Source of the DNA: Macrostomum lignano
Lineage: Eukaryota
NCBI GenBank assembly: GCA_002269645.1
Contig: NIVC01001765.1
Span: forward strand, 15,121 to 79,120
Reading direction: 5' to 3'
Length of the DNA: 64,000 bases
Shown: piece by piece, positions 40,101-52,800 of the stretch
Position numbering within the stretch: position 1 is the first letter of the stretch
Layout of the letters: every line of letters begins with the position of its first letter
Position numbers and translations under genes: made by a program
Notes under the pieces: generated by a model
Databases searched by the model: none
What the model was told of the DNA's origin: nothing
Seen by the model: only the letters and a program-made list of their open reading frames with translations

Positions 40101-43100
40101 TAGGGCGGCTGTTCCCCGGGCCACACACATAAAAATCAGAGTAGCCAGAGGGAATGTTGGGCAACTTACCGTTGCGCATCCAGGGTTCCTGGATCAGGAT
40201 GAGGCCTGGCCTGTACAGCTCAGCAATCTTCATCAGATTTACTGACGCAGATACGCAATGCTGTAAATTAATTTGCAGACAGAATGTCGCTCCTTTGGCA
40301 GCGTGGAGCTTAGTCATACTGTATTAAATGCAATTTCTGGCTAGAGCCCAGGGCCATCAAGGAGACTTGGACAACAGATCGTCCTCGTCCCAGGCCGCTG
40401 GGGCTTGACTGGGAGATGGGAGTTGGTCGACGTCCATGGCCTCCTCACCCCCACCGGCCCCCCAGCAGAGTCCTCAGGCTCCGATGACAGGATGGAGGAA
40501 GCTTCCTCACCTGCATCTTTACCTTCAGACCCCACCAGGGTGGCCGAGGAGAGCTCGGATTCCGAAGACCCGGCCTCGTCCTCAACTCCTTCTCCGACTG
40601 GCAGGTTTGGTTCCTGGGGCTCGGCCGGAGCCGTTACCGCGGTCGCCGAACTGCTGCTAGCAGAGGGGCGAGACGCAGCTTTGGCTTTGGGATCGGCTTG
40701 CGCCTTTCCTTGGGCCTTAGACTGCGCCCCGCTCTTGCCGGAGATGCCGAGGTTGGCAGTAGCCTTCCCTTTGGCAGACTTTCCTCGGCGCATCTTGAGC
40801 TTGAGGGCACCCAGCTGGAAAGAAGATCCATTAGGGTACCGACTCGCCCAAGTGCTGGAAAGGCCGAGGACAATTGAGTTGCCCGTCTCCCCCCTGCGGA
40901 CTTTACGGTGATACACCAGTCCACTAGCAGGGAGGTCGGGGTTCAGACGCAGTAGGACCCGGCGAATAACGTCTGGTCCAGCTGCGGTGCTCTTAGCAGG
41001 GACGAAAACCACATAGGGTATCGTCTTTGGACGCTGGCCCTCGCGAAGAAAAAGAGCTCCGCCAAGGTCAGCATCTAAGGAGACCGTCGGTAGCCGCTGA
41101 AGCAGCTGCCGAGCGTCCTCCTCGCTGCTAGGAGCAATAAGAACGAATGTGCTTCGCAGCACCATCCGCTCAATGCCGATGGAGATTCCCTCCTCGACAG
41201 TCAGCTCAATCAGATAGGAGTCAACAGCACTCCACACTTTTTGAAGCTGATCAGTGGTCCAGTCCTGGTCGCGACCTTAGATGATCACTCCCGGGATTTT
41301 GGCCTTGGCCTACGCCGCAAAGGTAGCTCCCGAAGGAACCTCCTTGTTGGCAGTGGCCATTTGTTGCGCCGTGGTTTCGGCCTCAGCAGCCGCAGCAGCA
41401 TTTCCAGGGAGCGCCGCCGCTGAACTACTGGAGCTTCCACCGGCCGGCCCGTCTGGTTGCCTTGGGACGCCAGTCGCTTCAGCATCCATGGTGGACGCCG
41501 CCGCTTTGGCCCCCGCAGCTCCCTTCTTGGCCTGCCTTTTGGCGCGTTGTTTAGCGCGTTTGCGCTCAAGCCGAGCTCGCTGAGCTTCATCGGATCTGCC
41601 AGATTTGGCCGGTCCTTTAGGCTCAGAGCTCGCGGTTCCCTTAGATCCACCAGCGGAGCTGGCAGGTCTTTGGGTATTATGAGTTTGGTAGCTCTGGTCG
41701 GATCTGCCAGCAGAGCCAGCCGGTCCTTCCTTTGCCACAGTTGAATCAGTCGGTTGGGATCTGCCAGCAGGGCCGGCCGGTCCTTCGGACTGAGGTTGGG
41801 GTTTAGAAGGGTCCCCGTCCCTAGAATTAGTTTGGTTATCCATAGGCGGCTCGAAGGCCATGATAAAAGGTTGGTGGGCTACCCTCAAAGGGGCGCGGTA
41901 CCCACCCGGCCGCTCCACCTGACCGGGCAGTAGGCCAATAGCACCCTCAAGGCTGGCCCGACACCAGGAGGGGGACCGCTAGCGACCGGACTACTCCCCG
42001 GCCTTCCAGCCCATCGGCACGGTCAACACCTTAGGCATTAGAGAGTACGTTGAGCAGTACCACGGCCTGCAGGTTGGCGAGCCAGACCCGCATACCCAAA
42101 TTCGGCCGAAGCCACTGGATAGGGTCGCCAGCGCCGGAGCCCAGTCTGTCCAGCAGCCCTAGGGACTGCCTTGAACACACGCGGGGACGAGTACCCTGGG
42201 TCGACTTGCGAGACAGCGTGGGGGGGGGGTCTGCGGCTGCCAGAGGCAAATAGAGGGTGCAGACCTCCCACCAGCCTTGACCTGCTGAAGATAGGGGCAG
42301 GCGTGAAGCATCGCAGACCTTAGCCCATGGGCCTAGTCTGTCTCATACTTCACTGGCATGCTGAATACGCCTTCGCGTGCCAGCTCGCGGTCAGTCGCCG
42401 AGTAGTTGCGCTCGGCCTTGTTGAGGGTGCGCGAGGCGAACGCCACAGGCAGCTCGGCGTCACCGTGCAGCTGGCTGAGCACCGCGCCAACAGCAAACTG
42501 ACTGCTGTCGCAACTGAGCACGAACTGCTTGGTGAAATCCGGCAGCCTCAGCACCGGAGCCGTCGTCAGCCGGTCCTTCAACTCGCGGAACGCTCGCTCG
42601 CAGTCGCTGCTCCACGCGAAGTCCCTTGATGTCACGCTGACGTCGTGCAGGACCCTCGCCGTCTGGCTGAAGCCTGTGATGAACCGGCGGTAGAACCGCA
42701 GCATTCCGAGAAACCGCTTCACCTCCTTGATCTTCGTTGGGTTGGGCATGCTGCGAATGGCCTCGACCTTGCCGGGATCCGGTGCGATGCCCTGTTCGCC
42801 CTGTTCACGTCTGCCGGCTGCTCCCAGACGAAGATTTTTGCTTCTCCTATCACTAGCAGTTTCAGCTTCTTTGCCTTCTTCTTGTCGTCCCATTCGCAGT
42901 CGTCGGCGAAGTCCTCAAACGTGCCGAGCCACGTTCTCACGTTTTCGTCCCATTCGCAGTGGTCGGCGAAGTCCTCAAACGTGCCGAGCCACGTTCTCAC
43001 GTTGTCGTCCCATTCGCAGTGGTCGACGAAGTCCTCAAACGTGCCGAGCCACATTCTCACGTTGGAGTCGCCGCTAAACTTTGGAGGCAATAAACTGGCT

Positions 43101-43806
43101 TGCTCTGATTTGGCCATACTGAGACCGCTGCCACCAGTGTAAGACCGTGGGTTGAGTTATATTGGCTCACGCCAATATATTTATTGCCAAAGCTAGGGTG
43201 GGTGTAACCACCCTAAGCACACACGCTGCAGCGCTAAATTCCAACCCTCAAACAAGCCAGACGTGCACATCTAAGTGCACGCACACCAACAAGCAGAATA
43301 AACGTTGATAAACTACAACACGAACCAGGCTCCCACGTACTGCCCACATTTACACGGCAACGAAATTTACAGAGCCTCCTGGCTCCCAATAACTTTAAGT
43401 CTCAGCCAGGAAACCACTGAATCACTTTAACCAATGCGCTCATTTTACCTATATAATTACAATATTTATCACATTGTCGATTACTTTATTCAAACTTCTT
43501 GATTGTACGCGCAAATACGACGTATCGATTTTGAGGCTCCCACTTTCAATACGAGCGTACCTGCATTTAATTTAATTCAATCGTATAGTACTTGGAAAAA
43601 GAACAATTTTTAATATACTAAATATATTGTCGCCCAAACTGACTGGCTAAAAAGCCTCTGGGACAAGTTAGAGCTAGCCTGAAATTAGGGCTTTAAATGT
43701 ACATACATCATCCCTACAGATTTTTTGGCCTAACGTAGAGCCCAGAGGCTTGAAACCGGTAGCATTATAATCTAAAATTTTTTAACACGCTGTGACTTCT
43801 CTTCTT

Positions 43807-43865
<59 letters not shown>

Positions 43866-46800
43866 GGTTTGATGCAAACGTAATGAAACGTTTTATTCAC
43901 CATGCAGTAAACAGTTAGTCAAACCAATGCCTTGCCATTTAAAGAGTTGAATGTTATCTGTGTTCCGTGGTTAGATTGAAACCTACGAAGAAGTTTTTGT
44001 ACCTAATTACCGATATGAAGATTACTACATGTCAGGTGTAAATAAAAAAAAAGAAATAACATTTGCCTTTTTGTGAGCTTGTAAAAGTTATAGCCATGCG
44101 AGCTGAGAAATAGTTTCATATTTTAAATCCAAAAGTATAATAATAACTACATAACGCACTACTGTGCCCAGTAGTCAATGTCTCTCCAAAGCAGTGAACA
44201 GATAGTCAAGCAAACAAGCAAATATCTTGTCTATTTGAAAAGCTCAAGGTTTATTCAAGTTTTTCAGCTATATGTAAAGCCAAATTGGGATTAACGAAGA
44301 ATTGTTTTACCTGGATGCAGTATGCAGGTCATTAGAGTCAAGCCTTACTAATTATTGCCGTTGATACATTTTTAAGTAACCAAAATAGTAATAATAAAAC
44401 ATTGGTCATTGTTCGTGAACTTGTACAAGTTCCATCCATATTAGGTAATAAATAGTTTTATATTATAAATCGAAAGATATTGAAAGTACATAACGCACTA
44501 CTGTGCCCAGTAGTCAATGTCTCTAATCTAAACTGCATTATCTATTCCAGCAATCTGCTTCGGCCGCCTGCAGTACTGCCCCAATGGCGGCTCTTGCAAC
44601 AGTCCGGACTTCTGCTCCAACTGCAATCCGACTCACTACAGTCCCCGCTGCGACTGTGAGTGGTGGCTCATAGCTTGTGTAAAGCTTCATTTAAAAGCCA
44701 CAGAAACGTGCATGCAGAGACATACGATCCGTACGTAAACCCAATTTCAGTGTGTCCACAAGTTCCATTCTGCGCGCTGACTTACTGCACGCATTTGCCG
44801 AGCGCGATAGAGACGATGACCTGCCAGATTTGCATGTTCGATCACGGACCAAAGGGTCAGGCGTACAAGCTGAGTAGCGATCGGAAGGCTTGCATTGGTG
44901 AGTTAAAATTAGGCCTCGCTTTCACGGCTCAACCATGAGCTTGTTATAAAAAACTGAACATTGAGGGGACCTTTGGAGAGCTGCCAAAGAGCGAGACAGC
45001 AAGTATCTGATACGGTACTTTGATTGCGCTGAGTCCTGAGCACATATGAGACATACCTATAGTGGCACGTGCTCATACAGGCTGTTACAACTGCCAAGAC
45101 TTTCTCTGTCGTGAACACTGTCTGTGCCTTGAGGTTTCGCCCTCGTGATCCTTGTATGGAAACATGCGAAAGTCACGTATTAACACCTGAGCTACTCTGC
45201 CCCCTCCTGAGAAGAGACCTTCTAGTTCGGTCTGACACTTTGGGCTCGGATAAGTTCCGTATGGAATTCTCACCTATAGGTAATAGTTTACCAAAGCCTA
45301 AGACAAACATTTGAGGGTTAAAATAAAGTCGTCATAGATTCGAATTAAACTGCAGAAACCTGCTCGTGGAGGCGAGAGCACAACCTGTGCTTTCCAGGCG
45401 TGTGCAACGGGTATCACACGGAGTGCCAGTGCGATGCCGGCTTCACATCGACACCTGGAGCGAGGGACTGTCTAAAAAGTAAACAAACCGCAATAGAACA
45501 ACCTGGATTTGCAGAATTAAAACGTAAAAAAAGATTCATCTTGGATATACTAGCATACCGTATTGACTTTCAGTTGTCACGAAGCCAACGGTACTGACTG
45601 CCACAATGACAGTGAGAATTCCTCCGGATGGAACCAGTAGGTAGATGCCTGGAGCCTTAGAAATTCATAGTTTTTTTAAGATATAAAATTTCCTAACGAT
45701 TTTTTCAGCACCGAAGGACGATGTTACAATTGACTTCCATAAATCACCAAACTCGGTGAACTATATTAATACTAAACCAGGTAAGTGATCCAAAACAATA
45801 GCCATCTGACAGCCATACGCTAATGCAGTTATTTTTCACTGAAATATTCACCTTGTCAGCTCCAAACAGGAAAATCCAGCTCGAGTGGACAGCAACAAGC
45901 CGCTTCAAGCCCACAATATCCAGTCCGGGTCCTCGCGAACACTTCATCCCACCGTCCGGTTACAAGATCGGCCTTGTGCGAGAAAATTTCGTTTTCGTGC
46001 TGTCCGGAAACCGTGAGTTTCACACACGTGGACATACAGTACCTAGCTATACTTACGGCTAGGTAAGCTTAGTGCCGCATCTTCATTGCAGAGAATTTCC
46101 CCGACAACTCGATCGGTCCTCTGGAAGAGACTGGGATCAGTCCGTCCAACCCGAAGCTCGCAGAACGCGCCTTTACCGGACAGCTGAACCAGCTGCCTCC
46201 GGCCGGCTGGCAGCTGCAGTCCGGACACTCGCTCAAGTACACGTACTCGGTGTCCAACGGCGGCTTCGTCACTGTCGCTGACCTCGACGCCGGAGGAGCC
46301 ACGCATCCGAGATTTCTCACCGGAGAGTCGTTTACTCAGGCTGGAACATTCGTGTTTGACTACAGCCTGCCGTACCACTGCACAGTGGCGGGACACGGAG
46401 CTCGACCCTGCACTCAGCCATTCGACCAGCGAATGCTTGAGCTTAGCGAAGCCTTCACCAAGCAGGTATGAAGCTTGAAATGACATGATTTTGATCGTTG
46501 AAACATATCTAAGAATGCGCTAACGTACTTTTATAGAATCAAATCAACGGTAAATTCGGAGGCTGGAGAGACGATCACGCTGGAGTGCTGCAGTACGACA
46601 TTGAGCTCAAGCTCATGCACAAAGTCGGAGAGGTGCTGAAAGAGAACGAGATGGCGGGCTCTGAGCACAAAATCATTGATTTGAATGGCGAGGGCGAGGA
46701 AGAGAGACGAAATGGCGGAAACCGAGAGTTCAGTGTTCACTTTGACTTGCCTCCCGACGAGCCGTCGGTCTACACTGTTGTGGTGACGGTGCGCGATGCG

Positions 46801-49800
46801 GTCAGGAACTCGATCAAGAATGTGAGACGCAGCAGACGCTTCTTTATCTTTGATAACTCGTCGAGCGTGGAAAGCAGGGACGAGCGCTATCCTCTCGGTG
46901 TAGACGATACCGTCAACAATAGAGGACTGTGGTGGCTTCGACGGCTTGACGGAGACGTCGCGTTCCGATGGACGGACAACCTGATCAACGAGGTGCACAC
47001 AGGTCAAGGCTTTCTGCTACCGATCGAGCATGTACCGGAGTTCTACGGTGACGGCTACGATCAGACTTCCGGACCTCGGAGCATCCACCCGATCGACAAT
47101 GTGCACGGAGTCGTGCACTTCGCGTCCCAGTTCGGAGTGGACGCGGTCGGTGGTCGCAGTCTGCAACAGCCGGATCAAAGCCGGTGGCTCACAACCACCA
47201 ACATTCACGCCCAGATGCAGAGCTTTCGCTTCGATAGACGAGACGGCGAGTCAGCAAAGTTCTGGGTGATTGGCGAGGATGTGATGGGCAACAGCCGTGT
47301 GAACAGCTTCCTCATGCACATCGACTCCTCACCTGCCGAGTTAGGGACGCTCAGTCTGACTAACAGAGGCGTCGAGGGGCTCGTTGTGCACCACAGCAGA
47401 GACCTACACAGTTTGAGGTGAGTCCGTTTGAATGCAAAAACTGCTGATATGGACTCGAGTGCCATGACATTTTTGCCCCGTTTGTAGAGCTCACTGGACC
47501 GCGTCCGACTTGCACAGCGGCTTGCACACTGTTCTGTGGGAGATCTTCGACAACCACACTGACGAGATTGTGCAGATGTACTCCAACATGGAAGGACGGA
47601 GACATTTCGACAGTCTTACGGTAAGAAAGCTTATTAAAAATGACTGTAGGCAAATGATTGTAAAGTGCCGGATTGCTTCCAGCTGTGCCAAAGGGATTCC
47701 GAGAGACCAGACAACTGCTACTGCACTCAAGCTACTGGCTGCTACAACTCATTCTTTGCGGCATCGCCAAACACAAATGCCACAACGGAGCACAACCACG
47801 ATTTGCACATTCGACTCACAGTTACAAACGGAGCGGAGTTGGTCGCGAGCAGCGTGATGAAGATTAGCATCGATTTGTCTGCTCCTCATCCTGGCCACGT
47901 GTTCGACGGCGCGCCTGGCGATGAAGAGGTCGACTTCCAGAACGGGCGACACCTGACGGCGCACTGGAGCGGCTTCTTTGATCCCGAGAGCGGAGTACGA
48001 ATGTACAGATATGGCTTCGGAGTATCCTGTCAGTCAGAGTCGCAACTCATACAAGAGACGACGGGTCTTGAGGCGAGCTGGGAGGCTCCTGGTCCTGGTC
48101 GGTACTTCGTCACGGTAGTCGCTTTCAACAACGCGATGGAGCCATCTGCCGCTGTGTGCTCTGACGGAGTCCTGATCACGGATCAAAGGCCAGAAGTGAG
48201 CCAGTTGAGCATCGAGAGTCTTCGAGTCCGTCCAGGACTCATCCTGGACGCAGCTCGCAGGAGCTCTGGTACCTGACCGACCTTGGTCGCAGACAGAAAC
48301 TTCTAAACGATAATGAGACGTGCAGGTAGAGCCAACAGTCTGCTAATTAGCCCTTGCTACGAGCTCTTAATAATGGAAAGCATCTCTTTTTCAGAGCTCG
48401 AGCAACCGTGATGGCGGACAGCGGAGTTCTGGCACTTGATCTCAGCAAGTTCAATCGCACTGTAGTGCTCACTCACGAAGGAGAGTTCTGTGAGCAAATC
48501 GGACCAGCTGGAACTGAGTTCTATCTCACCAAGGACGACAGGGTAAGGCGCGTGTATTGCTGAGTATTTTTGAGAAGAAGCTTCTTATCAGAGAGCAGGC
48601 ACTGCATTTCAGCTGAAACTAAGCTGGATTGCCTCCGACAGTGTTTCCGGACTGAGGCACTCCATCCTGTCAGTAGTGAGCAACGAGGACTCTGTTTCTG
48701 ATCTTGCCAATCGCGTAGTCACGACACACTCTAGCGAAATTCTCGACCACATTGATTTGAAAGATGGTCAGCAGATCTACTTGACAATAGCGGCAGTAAA
48801 CAGGGCGGGACTGTCGTCAAACATGGTGTGATTTACACTGCAACTTATCTAGACTGCTTGCTATGAAACGGTGAATGTTTGTTCGTATCATTTTAGAGTG
48901 TCGGACCACTGACTGTAGACACCAGTCCACCGAGCTTCTCGGGCTCATTGTCCGTCAGTACCAACAATGAGCACTTGTTAGTCCGTTGGGATGCGGGCGA
49001 CTTCGTAGATCCGGAGTCCGAGTCGCTCGAGTTTGAGATCGGAGTCGGTTAGTGTCTGTCAATCTGTTATCTCATACTGGAGATTAAGGTAATGCATCGT
49101 TTAGTTCTCATGGTTTAATTTTATAGGCAGCAAGAGCACTCTACAGACATTGTTCATTTCGAGAGGGTCAAGCAAGGACCTGAGTGCAGTCACAGTCACA
49201 CGCCAGTGACTTGCGCATCTCTGGAGCTGAGCCAGCTTGACTGGAGTTTAATCGGCGATCACACATACTACGTGTCCATTCGATGCACCAATGAAGCTCA
49301 GCTAAGAACTGTTGCATTCGCTGAGCCAATTGTACATAACAACCGACTTCCCAGTGTCGGTTTCGTTACTGACGAGGATCCGAGTATCGACTCGGACTCA
49401 ATGCTCGGGGTAAAGTGGTACTTTGATAGCCTAAAAGATACCAGTTGTGTATTTTTAGCGTGAATTCTGAGTACACGAACAAAACACTGACATTCTCAAT
49501 TTTAGACACCACACGACATTCAGTATCAGCTGCGATCGGACTCGCTAAGGTCGCGATGGACCGGATTCAAATTCGCAAACGAGTTCCATGTTTCGGTTGT
49601 GGATTCTCAGCACAAGGAGCTCGCATCTGTGACCCTCCCTTCAAATGCAACTCGACATCAGTTTGACGGACTCAAGTTGGATGTATTCAAGGCAAGCTTA
49701 TACACAGTCGTTCGATTCAGACTCGAAATGGTTTCATTCATTGAAATTATGTCTCTTCTGTTTGATTACGCTTCAGACCTACTTTACTCGAGTAACAGCA

Positions 49801-52800
49801 TCGAATGTGGTCGGAAGCGTCTCTGCAGAGTCAAGCGGTGTTACTGTCGAGTCTCGAGAGCCCCTCCTCGAGTTGAAACCTGTGAACTGGAGACCCGACA
49901 ATGATGGGTCGCTGACAGATAATTTCCAAAGCTCTTTGTCGACGGTTGGTTTGAAGTGGACAAAGCCGAAATCACCCCTCGATCTGCTGTTTCACGACGT
50001 CAGTTGGGGTCTCGAGTTGAAGCGAGGAGACGGTACGGTAGAAAAATCATTTCTCCTTGTTTATCTGCAAGTAGACTGAGTTGCTTCCCGTGTTGACCCA
50101 CTCGCTTTAGATTGGATCACAGTGGAAGAGTTTAGACGCGTCTCGCACTCGGGCGAGACGGTCCTCGTCACGAATTTGCACCTCATCGATGGGGCCACTT
50201 ACCGATCGCGAATGAAGCTCTGTCATGGTGAAGTTTGCTCAGAGGTCGAGACTGCTCCAGACTTTGTGGTCCTGCACACTTCCCCAGTGGCTGGAGCGTG
50301 GAGTGTCAATCTTGAGGCTGACAACCAGACAGTATGCTGAACAACATACTCTGTCACAAATGCATTTATGGCGTCTAAACAAGAACATTTTCTTTTGTTT
50401 TCAGATCACAGTGCAGATGGACGAGTTCAAGCAGCTAGGATCAGCAGGAAGCAGTGTTATCAGCGGATACCAGTGGTCATTGCAACACGATGGTGCCAAC
50501 ATCGTACAATGGACGGAATTGAAACTCGATTCGAGTAACTCGGTAGGTGGCTGCTTCACTTGAAACAATGAAACAATGGTGGTATGTAGCTACCTCCTAA
50601 TTTGACTATCTATACTTTAGACTAAATCTATATCTCTACCGTGGCCTCTGAAATCGACGAAATGCATCCGTTTTGCGATTCGCTGCTTCAACAAGGCAGG
50701 CCTGTCGACTGTAGACAGTAGAGAGCTGAGAGACTGCAGCGCGTACGACCCGAAGCTGATAAGTAATCCGAACGTGATGGACGCAATCGGGCCAGTGAAG
50801 CTTGAGAAGAATGACCAATGGACGGTCGATGACGTGGACTACTCAAACTCGAGCGCTCGACTTGCAGCGGTGTGGCCCCAGCTGAGATATTTGGTGAGAG
50901 AACGGGATTCCATTCGAAACAAGCTTTAAAAGGCATACATGCATGGTTACCAAAATAGGATATAATCCTTACAGAACTACGAATGGGCTGTTCTAGCAGC
51001 CAGTGGGACCGGAGGCTCCGGTTACTATGACCGAATTCTGCTTGAGCCGCCAAAACGGCCGACGAGTCACGCGAATGCGATCGCAGGCGGCTTTACTCGG
51101 GATGAGTTCGTGAACGTTCCCGGAGTTCAGCTGCAACCAGGGACTCGGTATCACGTGTGCATTCACGCTAACGAAACTTTGCTGCAATTTGAGAAGTTCA
51201 CTCAGCTGTTGCCTGAGTTGAGCGAGTGCAGCGATGGCGTCACTGTGCTTGGAGATGTAGCAACCGAAGGCAGGATCGCAGTGAATGGACGATTTGCCAA
51301 TCAGATGCTGGTAAGTTGAATGTCGATTTTTGCAGTAAGTTTTACAAAGTAGATGTTTTAATGAATTCATTCATTGTTTGCAGTCATCTGTGACTGAGTT
51401 TCTTCTCGAGTGGTCAGGATTCGAGTCTGGAACGTCTACGGACATGCCGCACGTGACTGACATAAAGTACTACGAATACTGCATTGGATCATTCGCCTCC
51501 GGTTGTGACCTAATCGATTGGAAAAACGTCGGCGGTGCTCGCAGTGTGATTGTTACTCAGCTCAAGGGAGTCCTTCAGGAAGGTCACGTCTACTTTGTCT
51601 CGGTGAGAGGTAAGTGAAGAATTGAATTTCGCAAATAAACTACTGAGCTTCTATTGACTTGTGCCTTATGCTCCAGCTGTCGACTTCATCGGTCGCGAGA
51701 GTCGGTCAAAGCCCCGGTCGATCCGAGTGGTGCTGCACGGTCCTAAGTCCAATCACTCAGCAGCTATCTCTGTGGGTCTGCGGCATGTAATCTCGAACAG
51801 CAATGGCCAAGAAGTGTGCTGGAACGGTAGATTCTCTGACCCCGTCGCGGGCATTCGTCGCTACTGGGTCGGTCTCGGATCTTCGCCCGGTCGTCCTGAT
51901 GTCATTCCGTACACTGAATCAGATGGCGAGTGTGTTTGGTGGACAACCAAGCAGCTGTCATACTCCAGAGACGGACAGCACTACTGGGTGCTGCTGAGAG
52001 CTGAGAACTTTGCCGGACTTATATCGAGCGACCACTCGAAGCCAGTGCTCGTAGACAGAAGTCCACCAGTAGCTGGATCGGTGATCGATATCGACCCGAC
52101 CGTATCAAACAGCACCGATTGCAACTTTCGGTTCAATATGGACGGCATCTCAGCAAAATGGACCGACTTCCATGATCCTCACAGTCACGTGAGGGACTAT
52201 TCGGTGGCGATCGGATCATGTCCAGGTTGCCAAGACGTGATGCCGTATCTTCACGTCGGTGTTCGACACAGTAAGTCAAACGAAGCTAATTATGCTCATT
52301 ACTAACTCTAAACAAAGAATACAGACGTACTTTGCTTACTTCAGGTATAAAGATTGACCATCTGCGTTTGCAACCTGGACAGAGGTACTTTGTCAATGTC
52401 AAAGGCTGCAACGCGGGGGATCTCTGTTCTGTGGCGTCTTCCGATGGTGTCATTTTGGATTCCACACCTCCGTTGAACGGAATCATCTTGATTGGTTCAA
52501 GCGACGCAAACCAACAGTACCTGCGATCAAGGTGAGTAAATGTGTTTTTAGTAACAATTTTATCATAATGACTTGATACGCTGAAAGCCACTCATAGCCT
52601 AAACATGCATGCTGTACTTTTGCATGTGTAGCTCATCGCTAGAGTTTTTGCTATACGGATTCAACGATCCAGAGTCCGACATTGCATATCACCGTTGGGG
52701 AGTCGGTCGCGAAGAGTCTGACTCGCCGGATGTTATAGCCTGGATCAAAACTTTCGAAAGGAATTTGTGCGACACTCTGGAAGCTTGCCAACGGGCATAC

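Larger units (their letters stand above)
36488..42380 (-). mobile_element. Full-length non-LTR retrotransposon (APE-RT-RNase H; LOA/Lian-like, I group), 5893 bp
   Basis: 12-bp TSD cagctcgcggtc at 36476-36487 and 42381-42392; short tandem tail (taagtcaagtaagtcaa); ~520 nt 5' UTR; ORF1 and ORF2. Confidence 0.93.
34673..43317 (-). mobile_element. Ty3/Gypsy LTR retrotransposon, internally deleted, carrying a nested LINE
   Basis: Two LTRs, PBS, PPT; domain order gag start, RT thumb/RNase H (SRTLNKAERNYSATDREL), integrase (HHCC-type region, DIKGP, HSDQG, KWKGPY). Confidence 0.92.

Noticed and set aside
36870-41744. Plus-strand ORFs overlapping the LINE
   Set aside because: Antisense shadows of GC-rich ORF1/ORF2 with no recognisable motifs.
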